This document shows positions 19,682-27,794 of a stretch of DNA of 64,000 bases, piece by piece. Origin of the DNA: an uncultured Anaerolinea sp. (GTDB lineage: Bacteria; Chloroflexota; Anaerolineae; Anaerolineales; UBA4823); contig CAZHFU010000012.1 of assembly GCA_964531975.1 (NCBI GenBank), positions 12,705 through 76,704 on the forward strand, in the 5' to 3' direction. The notes under the pieces are model-generated. The model did not search any database. It was not told the origin of the DNA and saw only the letters and a program-made list of their open reading frames with translations. Numbering within the stretch: position 1 is the first letter of the stretch; each line of letters begins with the position of its first letter. The position numbers were made by a program, and so were the translations under genes.

Positions 19682-21218
19682 TCCCGAACTGCTTTCATTA
19701 CCAGAGTCTACCGGCAAGTCGTCGATTAAGCAGCAAATTCGATCAGCATCCGTTTTAATCTTAGTCATCATCTTGACGGGCGTCCTGCTGCGTATCTATT
19801 TTTACCTGGTTAACCGCTCGTTGTGGCTAGATGAAGCTTTTTTAGCCGCCAGCCTGGTGAACCGCTCATTCGCCGGCTTGTTCCAACCGCTCGAATATGC
19901 CCAAGGCGCGCCGCCTGGTTTTTTGTTGGCGGCGAAAACCGCCGTGGTTTTGTTTGGCAAGACGGACTACAGCCTTAGACTCATTCCATTATTGGCCGGA
20001 GTGGCATCTGTGCCTTTGATGGCGGCGGTTGCACACCGCTACAGCGCCAGGCCGGCGGCGATGGTTGCCTCCGCTTTATTCGCCCTTTCTCCCCGCCTCA
20101 TTTATTATTCTTCTGAAGTGAAGCAGTATTCTACCGACGTATTTTTTGCACTGCTGTTATTATATACCGGCCTGGCTTGCCTGCAAAAAGATCACCAAAC
20201 GCGCTGCCTGGCGCTATTTGGGGCCGCCGGGATCATTGCCGTCTGGATGTCTCATCCGGCGCTGTTCGTTTGGGCGGCGGTTGCCCTGGCGCTGGGCTTA
20301 ACCTTTATCAAACAGAATGACACTCGCCGCCTGTTATGGCTGGCAGGCGCAGCGGCGGTGTGGACGGTTAACCTGGCCGCAATTTATTTCATCTCCCTGC
20401 AAGATCTGGCAGCCAACAAACTCATGCTAAATTACTGGCATGGCGCTTTTGCGCCCATGCCACCGTGGAGCGATATTAATTGGTATCAGATGACCTTCGC
20501 CAACTTTCTTATAGACCCCATCGGTCTACCCAACAACCTGGTAATCCGCGGGTTATTATTGATTGGCGCCGCCTCATTGGCCTACCGGATCAAGACGCAG
20601 ACCGCGGCCATCTTTGCCCCCTTTGTTCTGGCGTTAATCGCCTCCGCTTTAGACAAATATCCATTTAGTGGGCGCTTACTATTATTCACAGCGCCATTGA
20701 TATTTTTGATTGCCGGCGAGGGCATCAATCGTCTGCGCTTGCTTGGGATGAGAGCCAGCCGTCCCCTCGCGTATCTTACCTTTGCGGTTTGCAGCATCTA
20801 CTTACTCTATACACCCGCCCTGGAAACCTTTAACCGGCTACTTTCTCCACCGATGGGGGAACATATCAAACCGGTGATGGCCTATATCCAGAAAAACCGG
20901 CAGCCCAATGATCTGGTATATGTTTACTACAGCACCATCCCCGCCTTCAACTTTTATGCCGCTCAATATGGATTCGGCCCCCAAGATTATTACTTGGGGG
21001 TCTTCTCCAGAGATTATCCCAATAAATATATCCAAGAGTTATCCACCTTCAAAGGCCGTCCGCGGGCCTGGTTCGTCTTCTCTCACAACTGTATTCAGTG
21101 CCAGGTCAACGAGGAGGAGTTCATCTTAGCCTATCTCGATCAGATCGGGCGGAGAGAAGACGCCTTTCTTGGAACCGGCGCAACCGCCTATCTGTATGAT
21201 CTTAGTTCACCGCCCTAA
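19659..21218 (+). CDS. GT-C fold membrane glycosyltransferase (GT39/ArnT-like); start codon uncertain
   Basis: LRIYFYLVNRSLWLDE, PPGF, LRLIPLLAG, SSEVKQYS motifs; ~12 TM segments. Confidence 0.8.
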   Translation: MDFAVPGNPELLSLPESTGKSSIKQQIRSASVLILVIILTGVLLRIYFYLVNRSLWLDEAFLAASLVNRSFAGLFQPLEYAQGAPPGFLLAAKTAVVLFGKTDYSLRLIPLLAGVASVPLMAAVAHRYSARPAAMVASALFALSPRLIYYSSEVKQYSTDVFFALLLLYTGLACLQKDHQTRCLALFGAAGIIAVWMSHPALFVWAAVALALGLTFIKQNDTRRLLWLAGAAAVWTVNLAAIYFISLQDLAANKLMLNYWHGAFAPMPPWSDINWYQMTFANFLIDPIGLPNNLVIRGLLLIGAASLAYRIKTQTAAIFAPFVLALIASALDKYPFSGRLLLFTAPLIFLIAGEGINRLRLLGMRASRPLAYLTFAVCSIYLLYTPALETFNRLLSPPMGEHIKPVMAYIQKNRQPNDLVYVYYSTIPAFNFYAAQYGFGPQDYYLGVFSRDYPNKYIQELSTFKGRPRAWFVFSHNCIQCQVNEEEFILAYLDQIGRREDAFLGTGATAYLYDLSSPP

Positions 21219-21274
21219 CCTGGTGGAACACAGCCGCTGCCTGACGGTGGCGCAAAACCAAGGAGTATGCTGAT

Positions 21275-21748
21275 ATGGAGACGCCCTTAAAACGCTATTG
21301 GCGCGAATACCTGGCGACCTTGCCCGCCGGAGCCGACGTCCCTTCGGAAGCGCCCGAAGCCTGGTCGTTTTGCGATAACCAAACCGACGCTGACGAGCTG
21401 GCCGGGTTGGTGCAAGCCGGCATTAAAACCGCCACTTCCAGCCTTGTCTGGGCTTATGAGGCCGAAAATGAGCCTCTCCCCAAGGCGGGCGACTTTAGCA
21501 TCATCACCAATTGGACCGACCAACCGCAGTGCATCATTCAAACCGTGGAAGTTTGCATAATGGCCTTCAACGAAGTAGACGCGGCCTTCGCCGCAGATGA
21601 AGGCGAAGGCGACCGCTCATTGGATTACTGGCGTAAGGTTCATTGGACTTTCTTCTCGAGGGAATGCGCGCAGATGGACAGGCTTCCCTCTGAAAATATG
21701 CCGGTGCTGTGTGAACGCTTTAAGCTGGTCTTTGGCGGAACAATGTGA
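21275..21748 (+). CDS. ASCH domain protein
   Basis: ADELAGLVQAGIKTATSS, EGEGDRSLDYWR. Confidence 0.88.
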   Translation: METPLKRYWREYLATLPAGADVPSEAPEAWSFCDNQTDADELAGLVQAGIKTATSSLVWAYEAENEPLPKAGDFSIITNWTDQPQCIIQTVEVCIMAFNEVDAAFAADEGEGDRSLDYWRKVHWTFFSRECAQMDRLPSENMPVLCERFKLVFGGTM

Positions 21749-21868
21749 ACAGGCCGGGGTGTTCTGGATTTACCGGCGCGCAGCGAGGTAAATGCTCGTA
21801 TAATATTCATTCAACAGGAATAGGGAAAAAGTGTCTTTTTACGGGTATTAGCAGGAATGGAGGACGAG

Positions 21869-22546
21869 ATGAATATCGGTATATTAGGAACAGGCATGGT
21901 GGGGCGCACGCTGGCCGAACGTTTAGTGGAGCTGCAGCACACGGTGAGGATGGGCACACGCAACCCGGCTCGCCCCCTGGCGGAAACCTCTCAGCCCGAC
22001 CAGCCGCCCACGCTGCGCGACTGGCTGGCCGCCCACTCCCAAGTGCGCCTGGTGGCGTTCTCAGAAGCAGCCGCCCAAAGTGAGCTGCTCATCCTGGCGG
22101 TGAACGGCAGCGCCGCCCTGGCCGCACTGCACGCCGCCGCGGCCAAGAATATGAACGGCAAAGTTTTAATCGACGTAACCAACCCGCTGGATTTCTCGCA
22201 CGGCATGCCGCCTTCGCTGTTCGTGAGCAACACCGATTCGCTGGCCGAACAAATTCAGGCTGCCTTCCCCCAGGTAAAAGTGGTCAAGAGCCTCAATACC
22301 GTCACTGCCGCCCTGATGACCCATCCACAGGCCCTGGCCGGCGGGGCGCACAGCGTATTTGTTTGCGGGCAAGACGCCGCCGCCAAAGCCCAGGTGATCG
22401 AGCTGCTGCGCGCCTTCGGCTGGCAAGATATTCTAGACCTGGGTGATCTTTCCGCAGCTCGCGGCCTGGAAATGTATTTGCCCCTATGGCTGCGCCTGTG
22501 GGGGACGCTGGGCACAGGCATGATTAACATCCAGGTTGTCAGGTAA
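21869..22546 (+). CDS. NADP oxidoreductase, coenzyme F420-dependent family
   Basis: IGILGTGMVG, IDVTNPL, VVKSLNT, DLGDLSAARGLE; GGAGG SD before ATG 21869. Confidence 0.85.
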   Translation: MNIGILGTGMVGRTLAERLVELQHTVRMGTRNPARPLAETSQPDQPPTLRDWLAAHSQVRLVAFSEAAAQSELLILAVNGSAALAALHAAAAKNMNGKVLIDVTNPLDFSHGMPPSLFVSNTDSLAEQIQAAFPQVKVVKSLNTVTAALMTHPQALAGGAHSVFVCGQDAAAKAQVIELLRAFGWQDILDLGDLSAARGLEMYLPLWLRLWGTLGTGMINIQVVR

Positions 22547-22583
22547 TTCCACACGCAGCTATCTCAAGGGCAAGGAAACCCAT

Positions 22584-22970
22584 ATGAATGAAACCGCAGC
22601 CGGAGCGCAGTTCGCCAATCAAAGTTATCTCAACCTGGAGACGTTCAGAAAGAACGGCCAGGGCGTCAAGACGCCGGTGTGGTTTGTCCAGGACGAGGGC
22701 AAACTGTACGTGCGCACCATGGCCCAATCGGCCAAAATGAAGCGCCTGCGACGCACACCGGCGGTGCGGGTGGCCCCATGCCAGGCCAATGGGGCGCTCA
22801 AGGGCGAGTGGGTGGAGGCCTATGCCCGCCAACTAGACGACCCCGCCCTGGTTGAACATGTCAACAAGCTGCTCAATCGGAAGTACGGCCTGTTAAAACG
22901 CCTGTTCGATCTGCGGCAGAAATCGAAGGGCTACGAAATGGGCGCCATCGAGATCACCCTCCCCGGTTAG
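22584..22970 (+). CDS. PPOX-class F420-dependent oxidoreductase (split beta-barrel)
   Basis: YLNLETFRKNGQGVKTPVWF, KMKRLR, LNRKYG; AAGGA SD. Confidence 0.85.
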   Translation: MNETAAGAQFANQSYLNLETFRKNGQGVKTPVWFVQDEGKLYVRTMAQSAKMKRLRRTPAVRVAPCQANGALKGEWVEAYARQLDDPALVEHVNKLLNRKYGLLKRLFDLRQKSKGYEMGAIEITLPG

Positions 22971-22992
22971 CCGGCGAAGCCGCGGCGCGGCG

Positions 22993-23583
22993 CTAAAGCG
23001 CGTACAGGGTGGGGCGAATGGCTTGCAGCGCTCGCGCCCGGTGGCTAAGGGTATTCTTTTGCTCTGCCGACAGCTCGGCCATCGTCAAACCCAATTCGGG
23101 CAGCAAGAACACGCGGTCGTAGCCAAAACCATCGCTGCCCCGCTCTTGGGGGCTGATGCACCCCTCGCAAATTCCCTCGGCGAAACGCAGGTCTTGCCCC
23201 GGTACAGCTAACGCCACCCAACAGCGAAAGCGCGCCAGCCAGGGCTGGGGATACGCGGCCAACTTCTCGAGCAGCAGCCTGCGCCGGTCGGCGTCGGTGG
23301 CGTGGGGCCAGGGGGCAAAGCGCGCCGAATGCAGCCCCGGAGCGCCATCCAGCGCGTCCACCTCCAGCCCCGAATCGTCCGCCAGGGTGGGCAGCCCCGC
23401 CGCGCCGGCGAAGGCCAGCGCCTTCAAGGCGGCATTCTCCTGGTAGGTGCTGCCGGTTTCATCCACTTCTAACCGCAAACCCAGGTCGGTGGGCGCGAGT
23501 AATTCCCACGCCAGGTCGTTTAGAATAGCTTGAATTTCACGCAGCTTACCAGGGTTGTTTGAAGCGATCAGTAGTTTTGGCAT
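22993..23583 (-). CDS. rdgB: dITP/XTP pyrophosphatase (RdgB/HAM1)
   Basis: IASNNPGKLRE, ENAALKA, ADDSGLEVDAL, GFGYD, SHRARA. Confidence 0.95.
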   Translation of the reverse strand: MPKLLIASNNPGKLREIQAILNDLAWELLAPTDLGLRLEVDETGSTYQENAALKALAFAGAAGLPTLADDSGLEVDALDGAPGLHSARFAPWPHATDADRRRLLLEKLAAYPQPWLARFRCWVALAVPGQDLRFAEGICEGCISPQERGSDGFGYDRVFLLPELGLTMAELSAEQKNTLSHRARALQAIRPTLYAL

Positions 23584-23598
23584 GTTATAATGCTCTCC

Positions 23599-24090
23599 AT
23601 GGTCGAAAATAGCGATTTCTTACGCATTAACGTTGGCTTTATCGTCGCACAGACGATCGGCTTTCGCCGCGATATTCCGCTGGATGCCCCGGAAGTGCGC
23701 CTGGCGGAAGACCTGACTCTCAAAGATTTGCGCGGGCACGCTGTGGTTACGCGCACCTCACCAGGATTGTTAATCCAGGTGCAGTTGGAAGCTACCGCCC
23801 AAGCGGAGTGCGCCCGCTGCCTGGTTGACTTTGAGCAGCCGTTGAGCATTGATTTTACCGATTTATGGGCCTTTACGCCAGAGCAGATGACCGATTCCGG
23901 CCTGCGGGTTCCGGAGAACGGCAAAATTAACCTGGCGCCCATCGTTCGCGATGAAATGCTGCTCTCTTTCCCCATTAGCCCGATCTGCAAAAAAGACTGC
24001 CGGGGCTTATGCAGCGTGTGCGGAGAGAACCTGAACCTTGACCCCAACCACCGCCACCCCGAAGAAGAACAGGGCGATGAGGATGTTTAG
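23599..24090 (+). CDS. yceD: DUF177/YceD family protein
   Basis: ECARCL and CKKDCRGLCSVCGENLN Cys motifs; start 23599 sits 7 nt after TATAAT (23590 alternative). Confidence 0.9.
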   Translation: MVENSDFLRINVGFIVAQTIGFRRDIPLDAPEVRLAEDLTLKDLRGHAVVTRTSPGLLIQVQLEATAQAECARCLVDFEQPLSIDFTDLWAFTPEQMTDSGLRVPENGKINLAPIVRDEMLLSFPISPICKKDCRGLCSVCGENLNLDPNHRHPEEEQGDEDV

Positions 24091-24159
24091 GATGCAGGTT
24101 TAGGCGGCGTTGGTTCTTTTTGGGCCGTCTCCCAGACCGTCATCGTTTGAAAAACGGCC

Positions 24160-24188
24160 TTGACAGAACCCTGGCAATTTATTACACT
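24160..24188 (+). promoter_or_regulatory. sigma70 promoter of the metG leader
   Basis: TTGACA (24160-24165), 17 nt, TACACT (24183-24188). Confidence 0.85.
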
Positions 24189-24195
24189 TGCACTC

Positions 24196-24276
24196 ATGCA
24201 AAAGCGTCCCGCTTCTTCTGCTCGTCCACTAACCCCCCAGGCATTCATGCCTATGGGCATGCGTGGCTGCGTCTAA
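24196..24276 (+). CDS. Putative Met-rich leader peptide MQKRPASSARPLTPQAFMPMGMRGCV (26 aa, leaderless)
   Basis: ATG 7 nt after -10 box; ATG codons at 24247, 24253, 24259; TAA 24274-24276; directly upstream of terminator and metG. Confidence 0.75.
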   Translation: MQKRPASSARPLTPQAFMPMGMRGCV

Positions 24277-24325
24277 ACGGGACTGCCTTAAATTCAACCG
24301 TGTCATTCAAAACATGATAGAATCG

Positions 24326-24357
24326 GCGGGCTGTCCTGGTGACAGCCCGCTTTTTTT
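24326..24357 (+). terminator. Intrinsic terminator (attenuator) in metG leader
   Basis: GCGGGCTGTC / GACAGCCCGC 10-bp stem, 5-nt loop, T7 tail, 23 nt before metG ATG. Confidence 0.88.
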
Positions 24358-24380
24358 CACCCAAATTCTGGAGGTGCTGG

Positions 24381-26162
24381 ATGTCTGAAACCATTCTCGT
24401 CGCTGTGGCGTGGCCCTACGCCAACTCGCCCATTCACGTGGGCAACCTGGCCGGCTCTTACCTGCCCGCCGATATTTTCGCCCGCTTCCACCGCCTGGCA
24501 GGCGACCGGGTTATCATGGTTTCCGGCTCAGATGCTCACGGCACACCTGTGGCGGTGCGAGCCGACGCCGAGGGCCTCTCTTCGCTGCAGATCTACCAGC
24601 GTTTTCACAATTCGTTCATCGATCTGTTCCAGAAATTGGGCTTGCATTATGATCTGTTCACCAGCACCCATACCGAGAATCACTTCCGCGTATCGCAAGA
24701 TATTTTTCTGGCCTTGCAACGCAACAATTACCTGTATACCGAGCGCCAGAAACAGTGGTTCGCCCCTTCGCAGGGCCGCTTTCTGCCCGACCGCTACGTG
24801 GAGGGTACATGCTACATCTGCGGCTACCCCAACGCCCGCGGCGACCAGTGCGATGGCTGCGGCAGCCTGCTCGACGCCAACCTGATCATCAACCCGCGCT
24901 CCAAAATCGATGGCTCGACCCCCGAACTGCGCGAGACCGAACACTTCTACCTCGACCTGGCCGCCCTCGAACCCGGCATTGTCGAGTTTCTGCGCCAGCG
25001 CGAGAGCTATTTCCGCCCCAACGTACTGCGCCAATCGCTGGGCCAAATTCAGGTCGAAAGCCTGCATGGGCGCGCCATCACCCGCGATCTGGATTGGGGC
25101 ATCCCCGTGCCGGTTGAAGGCTGGGAGGGCAAATGCCTGTACGTGTGGTTTGAGGCGGTCATCGGTTATCTTTCCGCGGCCATCGAATGGGCCAAGCTCA
25201 CCGGTCAGCCCACCGCCTGGCATCAATGGTGGACCGACCCCGCCGCTAAAGGGTATTACTTCATCGGCAAAGATAACATCCCCTTTCACGCCGTCATCTG
25301 GCCGGGGCAGTTGATCGGCGCAGGTGAAGCCTTTGTGGAAATCTTCGAAGGCCAAAGCGGGCAAAAGCTGGTCTTGCCCTACGATGTGCCCGCCAACGAA
25401 TTTATGAACCTGGAAGGTAAGAAGATTTCGGGCAGCCGCAACTGGGCCGTGTGGGGTTTGGATTTCTTGGAGCGGTTTGACCCCGACCCGCTGCGTTATT
25501 ACCTGACCGCCAATATGCCTGAAACCAAAGATACCGATTGGGATTGGGAAGATTTTGTGCGCCGCAACAACGATGAGCTGGTCGCCACCTGGGGCAACCT
25601 GGCGAACCGCGTGTTAGCCTTCGGCTATAAGCACTGGGAAGGCGTCGTCCCCGACCCCGGCGAACTGCGCCCCGAAGATGAAGCCATCCTGTTGGCGGTG
25701 GAAAGCGGGTTTGAAACCGTGGGAGAGCTCTTTAGAGCTGTGAAGCTGCGCGCCGCCCTGAATGAAGCCCTGCGCCTTTCGGCGGAAGTCAACAAATACC
25801 TGGATAAAACGGCCCCCTGGTTTGAAATAAAGACCGACAAGGCCGCCGCGGCTAAGTCGGTGTATACCGCCATGCGCTGCATCGACTCGCTCAAGCTAAT
25901 GTTCGCGCCCTTTATCCCTTTCAGCAGCGAACGCCTGCACGGCTTCTTTGGCTACACCACGCCCCTGTTTGGCGAGCAGTTCACCCAAGTGGTAACCGAC
26001 CGCCTGGGCGAGCATACCGCCCTGCGCTACCAGCCCATCGACGCCGGCAGCCAGTGGCAGCCCAGCCAACTGGCCGCCGGGCAAAAGCTCAACCAGCCCG
26101 GCCCGTTGTTTAAGAAGTTGGAACCCAGCGTGGCGGCGGAGGAGAGGGCCAGGTTGGGGTAA
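24381..26162 (+). CDS. metG: Methionine--tRNA ligase (no C-terminal tRNA-binding domain)
   Basis: AWPYAN..HVGN (HIGH), SGSDAHG, CYIC/CDGC zinc knuckle, YVWFEA, GKDNIPFH, KISGS; GGAGG SD. Confidence 0.97.
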   Translation: MSETILVAVAWPYANSPIHVGNLAGSYLPADIFARFHRLAGDRVIMVSGSDAHGTPVAVRADAEGLSSLQIYQRFHNSFIDLFQKLGLHYDLFTSTHTENHFRVSQDIFLALQRNNYLYTERQKQWFAPSQGRFLPDRYVEGTCYICGYPNARGDQCDGCGSLLDANLIINPRSKIDGSTPELRETEHFYLDLAALEPGIVEFLRQRESYFRPNVLRQSLGQIQVESLHGRAITRDLDWGIPVPVEGWEGKCLYVWFEAVIGYLSAAIEWAKLTGQPTAWHQWWTDPAAKGYYFIGKDNIPFHAVIWPGQLIGAGEAFVEIFEGQSGQKLVLPYDVPANEFMNLEGKKISGSRNWAVWGLDFLERFDPDPLRYYLTANMPETKDTDWDWEDFVRRNNDELVATWGNLANRVLAFGYKHWEGVVPDPGELRPEDEAILLAVESGFETVGELFRAVKLRAALNEALRLSAEVNKYLDKTAPWFEIKTDKAAAAKSVYTAMRCIDSLKLMFAPFIPFSSERLHGFFGYTTPLFGEQFTQVVTDRLGEHTALRYQPIDAGSQWQPSQLAAGQKLNQPGPLFKKLEPSVAAEERARLG

Positions 26163-26173
26163 AGTGGGATGAC

Positions 26174-26203
26174 AAAAGCGGCTTTCTGACAGAAGCCGCT
26201 TTT
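26174..26203 (+). terminator. Intrinsic terminator after metG
   Basis: AAAAGCGGCT / AGCCGCTTTT inverted repeat. Confidence 0.8.
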
Positions 26204-26324
26204 CTGTTAGAGCATCGCAGGCGGTAAATGCCTGCTTTCGCCTGCATTTACCGCCCCCAAAAATTATATATAATGTATAATATAACCGTCCCCCGTTTTT
26301 AATCGACATTAGGACGGTGCGCCC

Positions 26325-27092
26325 ATGCTCCACCCGCTGCAACCCACGGAAAACGATCTGCTGCCCAAGAAATCGCTCAAAGACAGCGTATTCGACTATT
26401 TGCACACCCGCATCGTGGCCGGCAAGGCCGCCCCTGGCGAGTGGCTGCGCCAGGAAGACATCTCCACCCATTTGGGCGTGAGCCAAACGCCGGTGCGCGA
26501 AGCCCTCGACCTGCTGGTAGCCGTGGGCCTGGCTGAGCGTGTGCCCTACCGCGGCGTGCGTGTGCCGGAATTGGACGCCGCCGAAATCATCGACGCCTAT
26601 GTGCTGCGCCTGATCTTAGAAACCGCCGCCGCCCGCCTGGCCGCCCTAAACATCACCCCCGCCGAAGTGGAACATTTGCAAACGCTGCTGGATCGCACCC
26701 GCACCCTGGTCACGCTGGACGATATGCCCGCCTTGCAGCAGCTCAACCGCCGCTTCCATAACGACCTGGCCGCCGCCTCCCACAACCCCTTGCTCAGCAA
26801 ACATTATCAGAACGCCGCCAACAAATTTCCCGATTGGCGGCTGTACGAAAGCATGTTTCGCCACCCCGAAATGCTCAAAACCAGCCTGCCGCGCGAGCTG
26901 GGCGAACACCAGGCCATGCTCACCGCCCTGGCCGCTCACCAACCCGACCAGGCCGTGGCGGCTGCCACCATCCACATTCGCAACCTGGCCCACGAATTAG
27001 TAACCTTCCTCAACATTCCTTCCCATCTGCTGGCGGCCAAGGAGGCCCAGGTGGCGGTCTTGCTGCAAAGCAGCCCGCCGCCCACCGCCTAA
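26325..27092 (+). CDS. GntR family (FCD/FadR-type) transcriptional regulator
   Basis: LRQEDISTHLGVSQTPVREAL wHTH; NRRFH and EHQAML FCD motifs. Confidence 0.92.
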   Translation: MLHPLQPTENDLLPKKSLKDSVFDYLHTRIVAGKAAPGEWLRQEDISTHLGVSQTPVREALDLLVAVGLAERVPYRGVRVPELDAAEIIDAYVLRLILETAAARLAALNITPAEVEHLQTLLDRTRTLVTLDDMPALQQLNRRFHNDLAAASHNPLLSKHYQNAANKFPDWRLYESMFRHPEMLKTSLPRELGEHQAMLTALAAHQPDQAVAAATIHIRNLAHELVTFLNIPSHLLAAKEAQVAVLLQSSPPPTA

Positions 27093-27136
27093 GCCGTTAT
27101 TTCTACATTATCCAATCACTTGCAAGGAGGCAACCC

Positions 27137-27784
27137 ATGACGACTGAATTGTTCCAAGCGATGGCGCAAAGCATTATCGACGGCGACGCCGAAGCCGCGG
27201 AGGCGCTGGCCCGCCAGGCCATTGAAGCCGGTATCGACCCCCTGGAGGCGATCAACCAGGGCTTTGTAGTAGGCGTAAACCATGTGGGCAAAGAATTCGC
27301 CGCCGGCGAAGCCTTTTTGCCCGAACTCGTCATGGCCGGCGAAGCCATGAAAAGCGCCGTCGCCACCCTGGAGCCGGAAATGGCCCGCCGCGGAACCAGC
27401 CGCGAAATGCTGGGCAAGGTGGTGCTCGGAACCATTCAGGGCGATATTCACGAAATCGGCAAGACCCTGGTGGGAACCATGCTGACAGCCGCCGGGTTCC
27501 AGGTCTACGATTTAGGCGTGGATGTGCCGGTGGAAAAGCTGGTGGCGAAGGCCCGCGAAGTGGAGGCCGACATTATCGGCGTCAGCGCCCTGCTCACCAC
27601 CACCATGGTGCGCCAGCGCGATGTGGTGGAAGCCCTGGAAGATATGGGTATGCGCCCAAAGGTGAAAGTGATGGTGGGCGGCGCGCCGGTAACCCGTGAA
27701 TGGGTGGAAGAAATCGGCGCGGACGGCTATTCGGAAGACGCCATCGGCGCAGTAGACGTGGCCCGCCGCCTGGTAGGGAAATAG
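27137..27784 (+). CDS. Corrinoid (B12-binding) methyl-carrier protein, MtgC/MttC-like
   Basis: FLPELVMAGEAM cap, GTIQGDIHEIGK (DxHxxG), GVSALLTTTM, VMVGGAPV; AAGGAGG SD. Confidence 0.95.
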   Translation: MTTELFQAMAQSIIDGDAEAAEALARQAIEAGIDPLEAINQGFVVGVNHVGKEFAAGEAFLPELVMAGEAMKSAVATLEPEMARRGTSREMLGKVVLGTIQGDIHEIGKTLVGTMLTAAGFQVYDLGVDVPVEKLVAKAREVEADIIGVSALLTTTMVRQRDVVEALEDMGMRPKVKVMVGGAPVTREWVEEIGADGYSEDAIGAVDVARRLVGK

Positions 27785-27794
27785 GGAGCGCAGC

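Noticed and set aside
24190-24360. T-box or SAM riboswitch upstream of metG
   Set aside because: No T-box UGGnACC bulge or stem I motifs and no SAM-I/II core recognisable; the Met-codon uORF explains the region better
26100-27137. Cobalamin riboswitch before the corrinoid operon
   Set aside because: No B12-box or AGGGAA/GCCCCCGC core seen
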